64,000 bases of DNA from a virus: IMG/VR virus record IMGVR_UViG_3300027858_000005, positions 3 to 64,002 of that record, one strand, 5' to 3'. How positions within the stretch are numbered: position 1 is the first letter of the stretch; each line of letters begins with the position of its first letter. The translations under genes and the position numbers were made by a program. The notes beneath the pieces were generated by a model that was not told the DNA's origin, searched no databases, and was given only the letters and a program-made list of their open reading frames with translations. Below are positions 1 to 8,364 of the stretch, in pieces.

Positions 1-155
1 GTTCCAGTCAAAGCAAAAGTAACGCGCGCCATTCGAAACGTACCAGTCCCGGTAAACTCCTGAAGTGTTCTTCTTGTTGCCCAGTTCGTAAACGATCTTA
101 TCTTTGAACCAGTGCGGCGGCGGCATTGCCGTCAATTCGTCAACGGGTATTTCAG

Positions 156-488
156 TCATGATATCACCATCGGTTTTTCGATCTTAATGATCTTTTCATT
201 ATAGTCGACAATAATGCCGTATTTGTTGCCGGTACGCTTTACGTTTTCGGTTTCCGGGTAAGTGAAGTCGCCTTCAAGCGGTCTGCCGCCCGGTCCCATG
301 TCGTGCCATTCTTCTTTCAGAAACGAATACAAAGCTTCCATCGTCACGCCGTTCGCGTTGACGGTCATTCCATACGTGTGCGTTTCTGTAAGCGTCGCAA
401 CACGCATCAGGTTGTCAGCCTTGATGATCGCCGGGGCGCAGAACAGCGCCGCCGTGCCTTGTAAAAATCTTCGTCTGGTGATGTTCAT
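156..488 (-). CDS. Tat (twin-arginine) signal small protein carrying a segment shared with the large virion protein at 48001-50241
   Basis: N-terminus MNITRRRFLQGTAALFCAPAIIKA fits the RRxFL Tat motif plus h-region; internal VNANGVTMEALYSFLKEEW matches VDADGVTEQALYSFLKEEW in the 48001 protein. Confidence 0.75.
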   Translation of the reverse strand: MNITRRRFLQGTAALFCAPAIIKADNLMRVATLTETHTYGMTVNANGVTMEALYSFLKEEWHDMGPGGRPLEGDFTYPETENVKRTGNKYGIIVDYNEKIIKIEKPMVIS

Positions 489-919
489 TTCATTAAGTCG
501 TCTGGAAACTCTACAAAACTGGGCTGATCCGGTGAGCCGCGCAGTTCCCGCGCCAAGTCGACCCCGCGTTCAGACAGCGCACCGCCGACCGTTTCCCGTA
601 CTATATCATCGTGACTGAATTCAGCCCAGTACAATTCGAACGCGACCGTGTTTTCTGTCGCCTCGAACGAATGGTATAGCCCGGGCTTTACTTGCATGAA
701 GTCACCACGAATCAAACGGGTTTCATCGACAAGGTCGTAATCTTTTTGCCATACCTTAACGACCAGTTCACCGTTTTCAACGTAGAAGCCGTTCCACTTG
801 TAATCGTGTTTATGCTTTGAACAGTGACCGCCCGCCGTGATTGCGATGCGATGAAATTCAAGCACGCCGTTCGCATGTATCAAACTGGTTTCACCCCAGA
901 CTTTGCCCGCGATTCTCAT
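485..919 (-). CDS. Cupin-fold protein (possible sugar isomerase type)
   Basis: GKVWG start, cupin motif 1 CSKHKHDYKWNGFYVENGEL and motif 2 GDFMQVKPGLYHSF; ATGA overlaps. Confidence 0.8.
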   Translation of the reverse strand: MRIAGKVWGETSLIHANGVLEFHRIAITAGGHCSKHKHDYKWNGFYVENGELVVKVWQKDYDLVDETRLIRGDFMQVKPGLYHSFEATENTVAFELYWAEFSHDDIVRETVGGALSERGVDLARELRGSPDQPSFVEFPDDLMK

Positions 920-990
920 ATCGACAACCACAAAAAAATCAATGCCGTAACCAGTACCGCAAGCAAAAGTTGTTTGTCTAGCTCCTTCAT
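916..990 (-). CDS. 24-aa hydrophobic peptide
   Basis: MKELDKQLLLAVLVTALIFLWLSI, ATGA-coupled to both neighbours. Confidence 0.5.
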   Translation of the reverse strand: MKELDKQLLLAVLVTALIFLWLSI

Positions 991-1241
991 CAGAAGTTCA
1001 CCGACAAGTAACCGCGCGGAAAGTATTTCATCTGGTCTTCGTCCCAGCGGTCTTCCGGGCAGTGCTGATGAAACTTGCCGTCGAACAATTCGAACGCCAG
1101 CTTGTCGGCGGCTTCGTACGTGTCCGCCGCAATCACGCCGACGCAATCTTTGTCGAACGTTTTGCCGTTAACCGAATGAACGTGCACCTGACCAAATGTG
1201 ACGAACAGTTTCTTCAGCGGTATGTCGCTTCCAGTAATCAT
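990..1241 (-). CDS. Hypothetical phage protein
   Basis: 83-aa ORF in operon, coupled overlaps. Confidence 0.7.
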   Translation of the reverse strand: MITGSDIPLKKLFVTFGQVHVHSVNGKTFDKDCVGVIAADTYEAADKLAFELFDGKFHQHCPEDRWDEDQMKYFPRGYLSVNF

Positions 1242-1390
1242 AATTTTTCCTTTCTGTTGTGTTCTTTTGTTATGTCTTCTTGTATTTTTCGCATCATACA
1301 GAACGCGGCGAAGTCTACGGCGCAGGTTATCGCGAACAGTACGCCGCCACTAACCACAACCAGTAAAACAAAACTTAAAAATTCTTTCAT
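1238..1390 (-). CDS. Small membrane protein
   Basis: MKEFLSFVLLVVVSGGVLFAITCAV hydrophobic stretch; probable ATG at 1390. Confidence 0.55.
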   Translation of the reverse strand: MKEFLSFVLLVVVSGGVLFAITCAVDFAAFCMMRKIQEDITKEHNRKEKL

Positions 1391-1415
1391 AAAACTATTT
1401 CCTTTCTGTTGTGTT

Positions 1416-2042
1416 TTACCCGTGAAATTTTTCTGGTTCAATTGCCCTGATCACCGCGCCGTAATCGACTTCGATTTTGCAATCGCGCAGTGCTTCGTAA
1501 ATACCTGACAACGCCTGATCTTCGCCCGTGCCGACAAGCAAGTTCGTCGCAACGAATTCCCCGGGCAAGCCTTCCATCAGCTTCAACCGTTTGACCGCGA
1601 CCTTGTATCCTAGCGCATAACTACCGATATGCCTGCGTTCCAGTGATTCGGCGATATCTTCCGGCGGGCGATAAACCTTTATGAAATCGACAGACTTTCC
1701 GGTGTGCGCGGCGAACTCTTGCCAGCATTGCGCAAACTCGACACCGACTTTCACGAAATCGATTTGCGGTTGATTGATGTAGTACGCCAGCAGTTTATTG
1801 ATTCGCATCGGCGTCGGTTCGAGCATTTCACCCAGCGGCCATTTCGGGTTGTTATCGGAAACCAGCGACTTCATGCACTTTTTCCAGCCCGGGTGTTCGT
1901 AGGTTTTGTAACTGGCATTTTCAACACCGTGCCCTATTTGAACCGGGTCGTTCTGTCCATCTTTCCACAGCAACCCATGTTCAGCCAGAACCCGGCAGAC
2001 CATAGAAGACCCGCTGCGCGATGTCATCAAAACAACGATCAT
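1416..2042 (-). CDS. Sulfotransferase-like P-loop protein
   Basis: N-terminal IVVLMTSRSGSSMV resembles the 5'-PSB loop; FIKVYRPPEDIAESL resembles the 3'-PB R-x-P-x-D-x-x-x-S motif. Confidence 0.65.
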   Translation of the reverse strand: MIVVLMTSRSGSSMVCRVLAEHGLLWKDGQNDPVQIGHGVENASYKTYEHPGWKKCMKSLVSDNNPKWPLGEMLEPTPMRINKLLAYYINQPQIDFVKVGVEFAQCWQEFAAHTGKSVDFIKVYRPPEDIAESLERRHIGSYALGYKVAVKRLKLMEGLPGEFVATNLLVGTGEDQALSGIYEALRDCKIEVDYGAVIRAIEPEKFHG

Positions 2043-2242
2043 TGCGGTAAATCCTTCGACAGTTTTCGGATTTCGTCGAACGCCTTGATCAGTTCAACAC
2101 AAACGCCGGGGGAATCACAAGCCAGCGACGCGCTTGCGCCGTTGATTCGGGTCGCCTTCCAGCAGTTCAAGTTTTCCTTGACAAGTTCTTCAACGGTCAG
2201 TTCCATCGGAACACCGAAGTCGATGACAACTTTCACGGTCAT
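2039..2242 (-). CDS. Hypothetical protein
   Basis: 67-aa ORF with coupled overlaps. Confidence 0.6.
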   Translation of the reverse strand: MTVKVVIDFGVPMELTVEELVKENLNCWKATRINGASASLACDSPGVCVELIKAFDEIRKLSKDLPQ

Positions 2243-2496
2243 TTCAGCAGATCAATTTTGATCGCTTCGAGTGCGCCGACGGTCTGGTATTTATGTTCCG
2301 CCAGACGGTGCGACGACATCATGCCGACCGCGACTTCGTGTTCCGCGTCTTCAGGTTCCAACAGAAACACGCCGGTCATGCCGTTCAACCGTCCGCGCTT
2401 CGCTTCTTCTAGCAGAAACGTTAACATGGTTTCCATGCTTTTATCGTCGGTCACTTCTGGCGGTATCCAGTCTTGCATTTTGACAACGTTAGTCAT
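2239..2496 (-). CDS. Hypothetical protein
   Basis: Probable ATG at 2496 (MTNVVKMQDW). Confidence 0.6.
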   Translation of the reverse strand: MTNVVKMQDWIPPEVTDDKSMETMLTFLLEEAKRGRLNGMTGVFLLEPEDAEHEVAVGMMSSHRLAEHKYQTVGALEAIKIDLLK

Positions 2497-2501
2497 AACT
2501 T

Positions 2502-2684
2502 TTAACCCTCGCAAGGTTGATCGTGTTCGATTTCGAAGTTCGTCAACGTGATGTCTTCCATCAACGCTTCGCCGTTCTTCGCGTCGTACACCGTCGCCGA
2601 CACAACTCGCGTGTCGCATTCGGTCATGTATGTTTGATCGTAAACCGTTAACTGACGGTCTTCGACTGTGATTGATTCTTTCAT
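2502..2684 (-). CDS. Hypothetical acidic protein
   Basis: 60-aa ORF in operon. Confidence 0.55.
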   Translation of the reverse strand: MKESITVEDRQLTVYDQTYMTECDTRVVSATVYDAKNGEALMEDITLTNFEIEHDQPCEG

Positions 2685-3043
2685 CTTAAACCTTCCCGTT
2701 TTACTCGTTGATAAACTTCGTGCAAGTCCGGCACTGAATTTTTCAGGTTCGGATACTTCACGAACAGAATTCGCAGTTCGTCCGACAATGCTTTCAAGTC
2801 GGCTTCGATGTTGTCGGCGCGCAGTTCAGCTTCGTCGACGTCGTCTTGAAGGTCGTTGACTTTGTCTTCAAGTTCGTCGGCGCGTTGTTCGGTGCCTTCG
2901 TGTTCGTCTTGCAGATACGCCAATTGTTCACCGAACCTTTCCCCAACTTTAGCGGGCACACCTTCGACCGCATCGATTCCAACATAGTGCGCAAATTCTT
3001 CCGCGCTTAAATGTTCTTGCTTTAACTGGTTCATTGTAGCCAC
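2681..3043 (-). CDS. Coiled-coil hypothetical protein
   Basis: Heptad-rich QRADELEDKVNDLQDDVDEAELRADNIEADLKAL. Confidence 0.7.
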   Translation of the reverse strand: MATMNQLKQEHLSAEEFAHYVGIDAVEGVPAKVGERFGEQLAYLQDEHEGTEQRADELEDKVNDLQDDVDEAELRADNIEADLKALSDELRILFVKYPNLKNSVPDLHEVYQRVKREGLR

Positions 3044-3153
3044 TCCACAAGCGGTTCAAGAATAATCGGGTCGGTCATCCCTATTGCAAAGATCGCAAGA
3101 ATCAGCAGAACCCAGCCGGTATCGATTAAAAACCTTTTAGTTTGATATCTCAT
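3031..3153 (-). CDS. 40-aa membrane peptide (below ORF-track cutoff)
   Basis: MRYQTKRFLIDTGWVLLILAIFAIGMTDPIILEPLVEWLQ, fills the gap with coupled overlaps. Confidence 0.5.
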   Translation of the reverse strand: MRYQTKRFLIDTGWVLLILAIFAIGMTDPIILEPLVEWLQ

Positions 3154-3548
3154 GCTTCGTACGCCTTCCGAATTGTCAGGGCGTTTTGCGCTTGCGGGAT
3201 TACTACCGCTGACGCGCGTCGCCCGTCGTTGTCAATCTGCATCCGTTCGACGTCAAAGATCATGCGAATGTCGCCGTCGCGGGTCGGGTTGATATTCAAA
3301 CGTAACCCATTATCAAGTTCGATGTCAATGTTGCTGGCGACAAAAAAGCGCGTCGAGATTCCGCCGTTGATCATGTCCGAAGTTTTGATCGTGTGTTCAT
3401 GCCAGTCGGCACGCTGTTTCTGATCATCGTTCAGCAAAATAACTTGATTGCGCAGATCGAAACATTCGCGTTCCAGCCCTTCAATGCGGGCTTTCGCCCA
3501 CTTCGGCAACCGCGACAGTTTCATCGCGTCTGTGACAGGGCCGTTCAT
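3150..3548 (-). CDS. Hypothetical phage protein
   Basis: LSRLPKWAKARIEGLERE N-terminal motif; in operon. Confidence 0.7.
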   Translation of the reverse strand: MNGPVTDAMKLSRLPKWAKARIEGLERECFDLRNQVILLNDDQKQRADWHEHTIKTSDMINGGISTRFFVASNIDIELDNGLRLNINPTRDGDIRMIFDVERMQIDNDGRRASAVVIPQAQNALTIRKAYEA

Positions 3549-3832
3549 GACTCGCGCCTTTCAGCTAACCACTTGTTGACACCAGCGATAGTCATTTCCT
3601 GACGCGGGCGAAAACCGTTGTCAGACTTGTAGCAGTTGTGAAAAACTTCGTACGTGTCCGCGTCTTCATAAGCCGGGGTCTTGTCTTCGCCGCCGTAAAT
3701 TTCAACGATCTTCGACAGGATGTAATTGTACGAATGAACCGCGTCGGCGTGTTCGGTCGTGTTCAACTCCGCACGGTAAATCGCGTTCAGGTTGTCCGAC
3801 AATTGTTCTCTATAAGTTTCTAACATTTCCAT
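3545..3832 (-). CDS. Hypothetical early protein
   Basis: Preceded by the promoter at 3888-3915 and ACTTAGAAAGGA RBS. Confidence 0.75.
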   Translation of the reverse strand: MEMLETYREQLSDNLNAIYRAELNTTEHADAVHSYNYILSKIVEIYGGEDKTPAYEDADTYEVFHNCYKSDNGFRPRQEMTIAGVNKWLAERRES

Positions 3833-3887
3833 TTTTCCTTTCTAAGTTTATAAAAGCTGGTCAGTTCTTATAACTAACCATGTATAG

Positions 3888-3915
3888 ATAATAACACAAT
3901 ACAAAATAATTGCAA
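3888..3915 (-). promoter_or_regulatory. Repeated early promoter P1
   Basis: TTGCAA-N16-TATTAT with TG extension. Confidence 0.7.
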
Positions 3916-3940
3916 GGATTATTACAGATATTTTTAAGCT

Positions 3941-4117
3941 TTATTCAACCGCCGTCGGGTATTTGTTGGGGTCCGGTTTTTCTTTGGTTTCAATCCATCC
4001 GATACCGACCCATTCCATGACAACGCCTTTGACTATGACCGCGTCATATTTCTTTTCGTTACCGGCAACCATTTTCATCGTTGACAGTTCTGATCGTTTT
4101 ACTGTTTTGTTTTTCAT
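3941..4117 (-). CDS. 58-aa hypothetical protein (not in track)
   Basis: MKNKTVKRSELSTMKMV...MEWVGIGWIETKEKPDPNKYPTAVE with AAAGGAG RBS. Confidence 0.65.
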   Translation of the reverse strand: MKNKTVKRSELSTMKMVAGNEKKYDAVIVKGVVMEWVGIGWIETKEKPDPNKYPTAVE

Positions 4118-4146
4118 TTCAATTTCTCCTTTAAAAGTTTAGGAAT

Positions 4147-4185
4147 GTCGACCCGGCGAAGAACGCACGCGGGGGCCGGGTCGAC
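4147..4185. repeat. Perfect 11-bp inverted repeat (stem-loop)
   Basis: GTCGACCCGGC ... GCCGGGTCGAC, 17-nt loop, intergenic. Confidence 0.7.
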
Positions 4186-4222
4186 TTATACGGTGATACC
4201 TGCACCGCCTTAGAATGCCCCG

Positions 4223-4381
4223 CTAGTTTTCAATTTCTTCAGTTGAAAGCAGAACGCCAAAATAATAATCGTTGTCCCATGCTAAATCGAAAGCTTCGCT
4301 TTCATCTTCGGCTTCGCCTTCCCATGTGCGGACAGACTCGCCGGTCTTGTCATCCAGATATGTCACTTTATACCACGGCAT
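4223..4381 (-). CDS. 52-aa acidic hypothetical protein (not in track)
   Basis: MPWYKVTYLDDKTGESVRTWEGEAEDESEAFDLAW..., TAATG-coupled. Confidence 0.6.
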   Translation of the reverse strand: MPWYKVTYLDDKTGESVRTWEGEAEDESEAFDLAWDNDYYFGVLLSTEEIEN

Positions 4382-5031
4382 TACTTCACCGCCCAGTCGT
4401 CACCGACTGAAACAATTCGGTCGCGGCCCGCGTCGACAACAAACTGCGTCGCAAGATATTCGGTGACCGTACCTTCGAAGGTTTCGTTGCCAACGTGCAC
4501 GACAACGGTTTCACCTTTCTTCGGTGCGCCGCGCGGGCGGGGTTGATCTTTCAACCACGGCTTCGCGCTTTCGATATCCAGTATCGGCAAGCTTTCGAAA
4601 ACTTCGCCCGCCGTGCGGTCGACCATTTTCAAAACCGCTTGCTCGACACGCTTCACCCGGTAAACTTTCTTGATCCGGTGGCGGCGACCTTGCGCCCAGT
4701 CAACAAACTGTTCACCGTTGAACGCCAGAAAGTGACGGTCGACCGTGACGAAAAATCTTCGGCCCCGGGCGTATCGTTTTAGATCGCGTTCAAGTGTCAC
4801 GACGGTTTTGCCGGGAAACGTTTCTTCGATAACCTCGAAGCCTAACGATTCAATTGCCGGTTTGCAATGATCTATGAAATATGAAGTGCGACGATTTTTT
4901 CGCCCCGCTTCTTTCATCGCGGCGTGTGCCTTTTCGTAAGACACCCCGCAGGAAATCGCAACCGACTTTACACCGCAGTCGTTGTGTTCGTTGAACTCCT
5001 TGCGCTTCTTTTCTAGTTCAGCAAAGTTCAT
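4381..5031 (-). CDS. Conserved phage hypothetical protein
   Basis: NDCGVKSVAISCGVSYEKAH motif, typical of an NDC-x-V-x-A phage family. Confidence 0.7.
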   Translation of the reverse strand: MNFAELEKKRKEFNEHNDCGVKSVAISCGVSYEKAHAAMKEAGRKNRRTSYFIDHCKPAIESLGFEVIEETFPGKTVVTLERDLKRYARGRRFFVTVDRHFLAFNGEQFVDWAQGRRHRIKKVYRVKRVEQAVLKMVDRTAGEVFESLPILDIESAKPWLKDQPRPRGAPKKGETVVVHVGNETFEGTVTEYLATQFVVDAGRDRIVSVGDDWAVK

Positions 5032-5186
5032 TTCATGTCACCCCAATATTCTTCATTGGCGCGCTTTCCTTCTTCTTCGTCGGCACGCGCTTTTTCTTCG
5101 TGACCGTCGCAATCGCAACCGTCGCCACGTCCGCACGCGCATTCGTCGTACTCGGTGGTGTAACCATTGTATTCAGGGTAGTTCAT
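5028..5186 (-). CDS. 52-aa Cys/acid-rich mini-protein (not in track)
   Basis: MNYPEYNGYTTEYDECACGRGDGCDCDGHEEKARADEEEGKRANEEYWGDMK after ACTTAGAAAGGAG RBS. Confidence 0.65.
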   Translation of the reverse strand: MNYPEYNGYTTEYDECACGRGDGCDCDGHEEKARADEEEGKRANEEYWGDMK

Positions 5187-5263
5187 TTTTCATTTCTCCT
5201 TTCTAAGTGTAACAAAATTCGGGAAAGTAACCCGGTCAACGTCCTTGTCAACCGGGGATCATT

Positions 5264-5467
5264 TTAAAGCAGTTCGAAGTTATTCCAAACAGTGCGCAAA
5301 AAATGATCGTGGTTGCCACTAGCCGCCTTCAGAACCAAAGCTTCAATTTCAGCTTCGGGAACGCCTGCTTCCCGCAGTGCTCGGACCATCCGTTTCGATA
5401 TTTCGAACGGGTCGCCCTTCAGGTCGGTGACTAAAACAGTGACGTCAGGGTAGTTAACGAATTTCAC
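5264..5467 (-). CDS. Hypothetical phage protein
   Basis: GTG start after AAAGGAGG; GDPFEISKRMVRALREAG...SGNHDHFL motif. Confidence 0.7.
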   Translation of the reverse strand: MKFVNYPDVTVLVTDLKGDPFEISKRMVRALREAGVPEAEIEALVLKAASGNHDHFLRTVWNNFELL

Positions 5468-5544
5468 TTCGCGTTCCTCCTTTCTCACTTCCCGGGACAC
5501 CATTGCCCCAAGATCATTCCAAATCCCTTTTTGACCATGTAAAG

Positions 5545-5572
5545 ATTATAACAGGTTGTTACAGGAAAGCAA
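5545..5572 (-). promoter_or_regulatory. Repeated early promoter P2
   Basis: TTGCTT-N16-TATAAT-CTTTACAT. Confidence 0.75.
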
Positions 5573-5615
5573 GAACTTTCGTAATTATTTTTTTCGGGCG
5601 GTTTTAAAAAAACGT

Positions 5616-5643
5616 TTGACTTTTGATAACCGTGTGTTATAAT
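5616..5643 (+). promoter_or_regulatory. Repeated early promoter P3 (divergent from P2)
   Basis: TTGACT-N16-TATAAT-CTTTACAT-CACTTAGAAAGGA. Confidence 0.85.
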
Positions 5644-5672
5644 CTTTACATCACTTAGAAAGGAAAAACGAA

Positions 5673-5858
5673 ATGAACTTACTTACCAAAATGATCGAGC
5701 AACTTGAAAACGAAGCGCAAGAAATTGTGAACACCCTGTCAAATGAAGAACTGTTGAACGGTGAATACGGCGCAGAATATGACAGCCTTGTTAACCAACT
5801 TGTTGAACTTCGAATGAACGACACCAACGCGAAACTTGAAGCACTGTTGAACCAGTAA
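5673..5858 (+). CDS. Small acidic early protein
   Basis: Strong RBS downstream of P3. Confidence 0.75.
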   Translation: MNLLTKMIEQLENEAQEIVNTLSNEELLNGEYGAEYDSLVNQLVELRMNDTNAKLEALLNQ

Positions 5859-5903
5859 AACAACCGCCCCTTCGGGGGCACCAACTTAGAAAGGAAAAAT
5901 GAA

Positions 5904-6125
5904 ATGAATACAGTATTAGACGGAAAACTTGTGAAGGTTGAATATGAAGTTGATCGCTTCGGCGATGTCGGACTCGATACAACTTTCGTTTTCGACATGT
6001 TCGGTAAAGAAATTGATATCGATACTTTGTCGAAGCACGCTACATGGAAGCTTGAAGAAATTGTCAGCGTCGACTTCGCTGGCGAAATGATCGAAGCTGC
6101 CCGTCACTTCGGCGGTGCAGCATGA
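5904..6125 (+). CDS. Small acidic early protein
   Basis: Hairpin plus ACTTAGAAAGGA RBS upstream. Confidence 0.75.
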   Translation: MNTVLDGKLVKVEYEVDRFGDVGLDTTFVFDMFGKEIDIDTLSKHATWKLEEIVSVDFAGEMIEAARHFGGAA

Positions 6126-6310
6126 ACGACGCGGAAAAGTTAAAGAAACTTCAACGCGATGTTCGCGTCGCGATTCGCCCGTTCGTCAACGCGAAGAAGT
6201 ACAGCCCCAGCAACAGCATTGACATTCAAACAAAACGTGTAATGAACGTCAAAGCGATTGACATTATCGTGCTGAAAAATTTATTACAAAGACTTGACAA
6301 CATCGGATAA
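6122..6310 (+). CDS. Small basic early protein
   Basis: ATGA-coupled; 3' end overlaps promoter P4. Confidence 0.65.
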   Translation: MNDAEKLKKLQRDVRVAIRPFVNAKKYSPSNSIDIQTKRVMNVKAIDIIVLKNLLQRLDNIG

Positions 6311-6321
6311 GGTGCTATAAT
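6294..6321 (+). promoter_or_regulatory. Repeated early promoter P4
   Basis: TTGACA-N16-TATAAT-TATAACAC. Confidence 0.85.
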
Positions 6322-6351
6322 TATAACACTTAGAAACAGAAAGGAAACGAA

Positions 6352-6543
6352 ATGAAAAACAGAACTTACCCCAACTTCAAGCCCGGGTCTTACGACCGCA
6401 ACGGCAAAGCACGCAACGAAGTTTATACTGGTTGTTGTGACGCGGCCCGCGACGGTTTCACGGGTAGCAAGTTTGATGACCCAGTCGAAGTTTCAAGCAA
6501 GAGCGTTTTCGAAGCCTTGCGCGAAATGGGAATCAAAATTTAA
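6352..6543 (+). CDS. Small early protein
   Basis: AGAAAGGA RBS after P4. Confidence 0.7.
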   Translation: MKNRTYPNFKPGSYDRNGKARNEVYTGCCDAARDGFTGSKFDDPVEVSSKSVFEALREMGIKI

Positions 6544-6589
6544 TCCACCGCCCCGGGCAACCGGGGCACCAACTTAGAAAGGAAAAATT

Positions 6590-6769
6590 ATGAAAAAGCG
6601 AGTATGGGAAATAACATTAGACAACGGCGACAAGTTCGAATTCTTTGCTGACAATAAAGGCGAAGCAATGGATCATGTTGTACAGTTGGAATCTGACCCA
6701 AATTTCAAAGAACTGACAAACTACGACCACCCGATGTTCACGCGCTGGGCGCTGGATGGTGACTTATGA
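6590..6769 (+). CDS. 59-aa early protein (not in track)
   Basis: MKKRVWEITLDNGDKFEFFADNKGEAMDHV... after hairpin and RBS. Confidence 0.7.
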   Translation: MKKRVWEITLDNGDKFEFFADNKGEAMDHVVQLESDPNFKELTNYDHPMFTRWALDGDL

Positions 6770-6942
6770 TCACGTACAAACAAATCAACGGCAAGAAATT
6801 TCATTTGCAAGTCAAGCTTGACGGTCGGGTCGTTGGTTCAATTCGACCCGTGCTGGACGGCTTTAAATATTTTCCGAAAGGTTCCTGCAACGGCGGTGAA
6901 CGGTTCGCGACAATTGACGAAGTCAAAGCCAGTTTGCTATAA
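6766..6942 (+). CDS. 58-aa early protein (not in track)
   Basis: MITYKQINGKKFHLQVKLDGRVVGSIRPVLDGFKYFPKG..., ATGA-coupled. Confidence 0.65.
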   Translation: MITYKQINGKKFHLQVKLDGRVVGSIRPVLDGFKYFPKGSCNGGERFATIDEVKASLL

Positions 6943-7642
6943 CCCACGGTTCCCGGCACTGATCAGGTTTCGGGTCACCATGAAAAACCACGACCCGCGA
7001 AAGCGGGTTTTGTTTTTTGCCCCGGCAATCGTACTTGTAAGAATCGATAAGATCGCGCGGCCAGTTTGCGACGTTGTCACGAAGCACGCGCCAAATCCAA
7101 CATTGATCGCCGTGCAACGCGTTCATGATTTTATCCGAATCGTTTGCGTACTGGGTAAATATCGGGTTCAATCTTTCATCGTTCGCTGACCACAACATGA
7201 CCGAAGAATTGTGCGCGCAGTGTCCCCGGTTCGGGCCGAAGTTGTAAATCATGATTAACGGTTCGGGTGCCCATTGGTGCGCAAGATAATCAAGGTCACC
7301 AGTGATCACGACGTCAAGATCGAAATACAAAACCCGGTCGCCGTCTTCAAACAAGCCCGGGTAAAACAACCAGACTTTTTGCCACCAGCCTTCGCGCTTT
7401 TTGTCGAGCGTCGGCAGCGGGACAGTTTCGACGCCGTCAATTTCCCGGTCAGACAAACAAACGAATCTTATCGGAACTGACAAGTTTCTTTCAACTGCTG
7501 ACTTCAGTTTGTGAACGTATTCGACTTTGTATTTCGTTCCATAGAAAACGCAAGTGACAACCAGCGGGCGGTTCCCGGGCGGGTGATCGCGATAGATCGA
7601 CCAGCGCGTCGGCGTAATCGGCGGGGTTTTTAAATCGATCAT
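6923..7642 (-). CDS. GT-A fold glycosyltransferase (GT8-like phage family)
   Basis: GTKY..EYV..L, GWWQKVWLF, LYFDLDVVI (DxD), NSSVMLW, GDQ, VVVFHGDPKP; probable ATG at 7642. Confidence 0.85.
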   Translation of the reverse strand: MIDLKTPPITPTRWSIYRDHPPGNRPLVVTCVFYGTKYKVEYVHKLKSAVERNLSVPIRFVCLSDREIDGVETVPLPTLDKKREGWWQKVWLFYPGLFEDGDRVLYFDLDVVITGDLDYLAHQWAPEPLIMIYNFGPNRGHCAHNSSVMLWSANDERLNPIFTQYANDSDKIMNALHGDQCWIWRVLRDNVANWPRDLIDSYKYDCRGKKQNPLSRVVVFHGDPKPDQCREPWVIANWL

Positions 7643-8364
7643 TGTGGCGGTGCCAAAATTACATCGCGGTGAACTTTCTGCACGACTTGATACTTGTGAA
7701 TTCTTTCGAGCCATTCGGTCGCTTCGCCTGCTTGGTGATTGACCTGTTTGCCCGGTCCCATTTGCGGCAACGGCTTTTCTTCGATCATGATGAAAGGCTG
7801 ATAACGTTCGATAGTATCGTACGCCCCGCGCAGTGCTTCCACTTCGCGCCCTTCGATGTCAAGGCAGATCAGATCGCACGCGACCATCTTCAAATCATCC
7901 AGAACGATTCTCGGCACGACTTCAGAGTAACCAGCCGAAAATTCTGGCGCGTCAATCGTAAAGAAGGCACCAGCGTTTCCCCGTTCTGATGGATGTAGTG
8001 CTGTCGTAACGTTACCGGGCTTTTCACCCAGTGCCGCGTTCAGCGGCATTATTTTTTCTGGCAAGTGCGACACGTTCGCCGCCAAACACCAGTAATTTAA
8101 TTTGTCTGGTTCATACGTGAACACTAAATCGAAATGCTGCGCCAACGCAACAGGCCAAACGCCCATAGCGCCGCCAGCCTGAACCGCGATTTGCATGTCG
8201 CGCCCCGCCTTGGTCATCAACAACAACGTCGCGTTCAGATCGTTGACCCAGTCGTTGACCGCTTTCAACTTCGTATCTTGCTTCGGCCATTTCCAGCGGC
8301 GACCATCGAATTCGATGTACTCGCAAAAATCGTCGTAGTCAGTTGGTGTGTTAGTAGTCATCAA
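7639..8364 (-). CDS. FkbM-family SAM methyltransferase
   Basis: AVQAGGAMGVWP...YEPD, ALGEK, LICLDIEGREVEALRGA. Confidence 0.85.
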   Translation of the reverse strand: MMTTNTPTDYDDFCEYIEFDGRRWKWPKQDTKLKAVNDWVNDLNATLLLMTKAGRDMQIAVQAGGAMGVWPVALAQHFDLVFTYEPDKLNYWCLAANVSHLPEKIMPLNAALGEKPGNVTTALHPSERGNAGAFFTIDAPEFSAGYSEVVPRIVLDDLKMVACDLICLDIEGREVEALRGAYDTIERYQPFIMIEEKPLPQMGPGKQVNHQAGEATEWLERIHKYQVVQKVHRDVILAPPQ

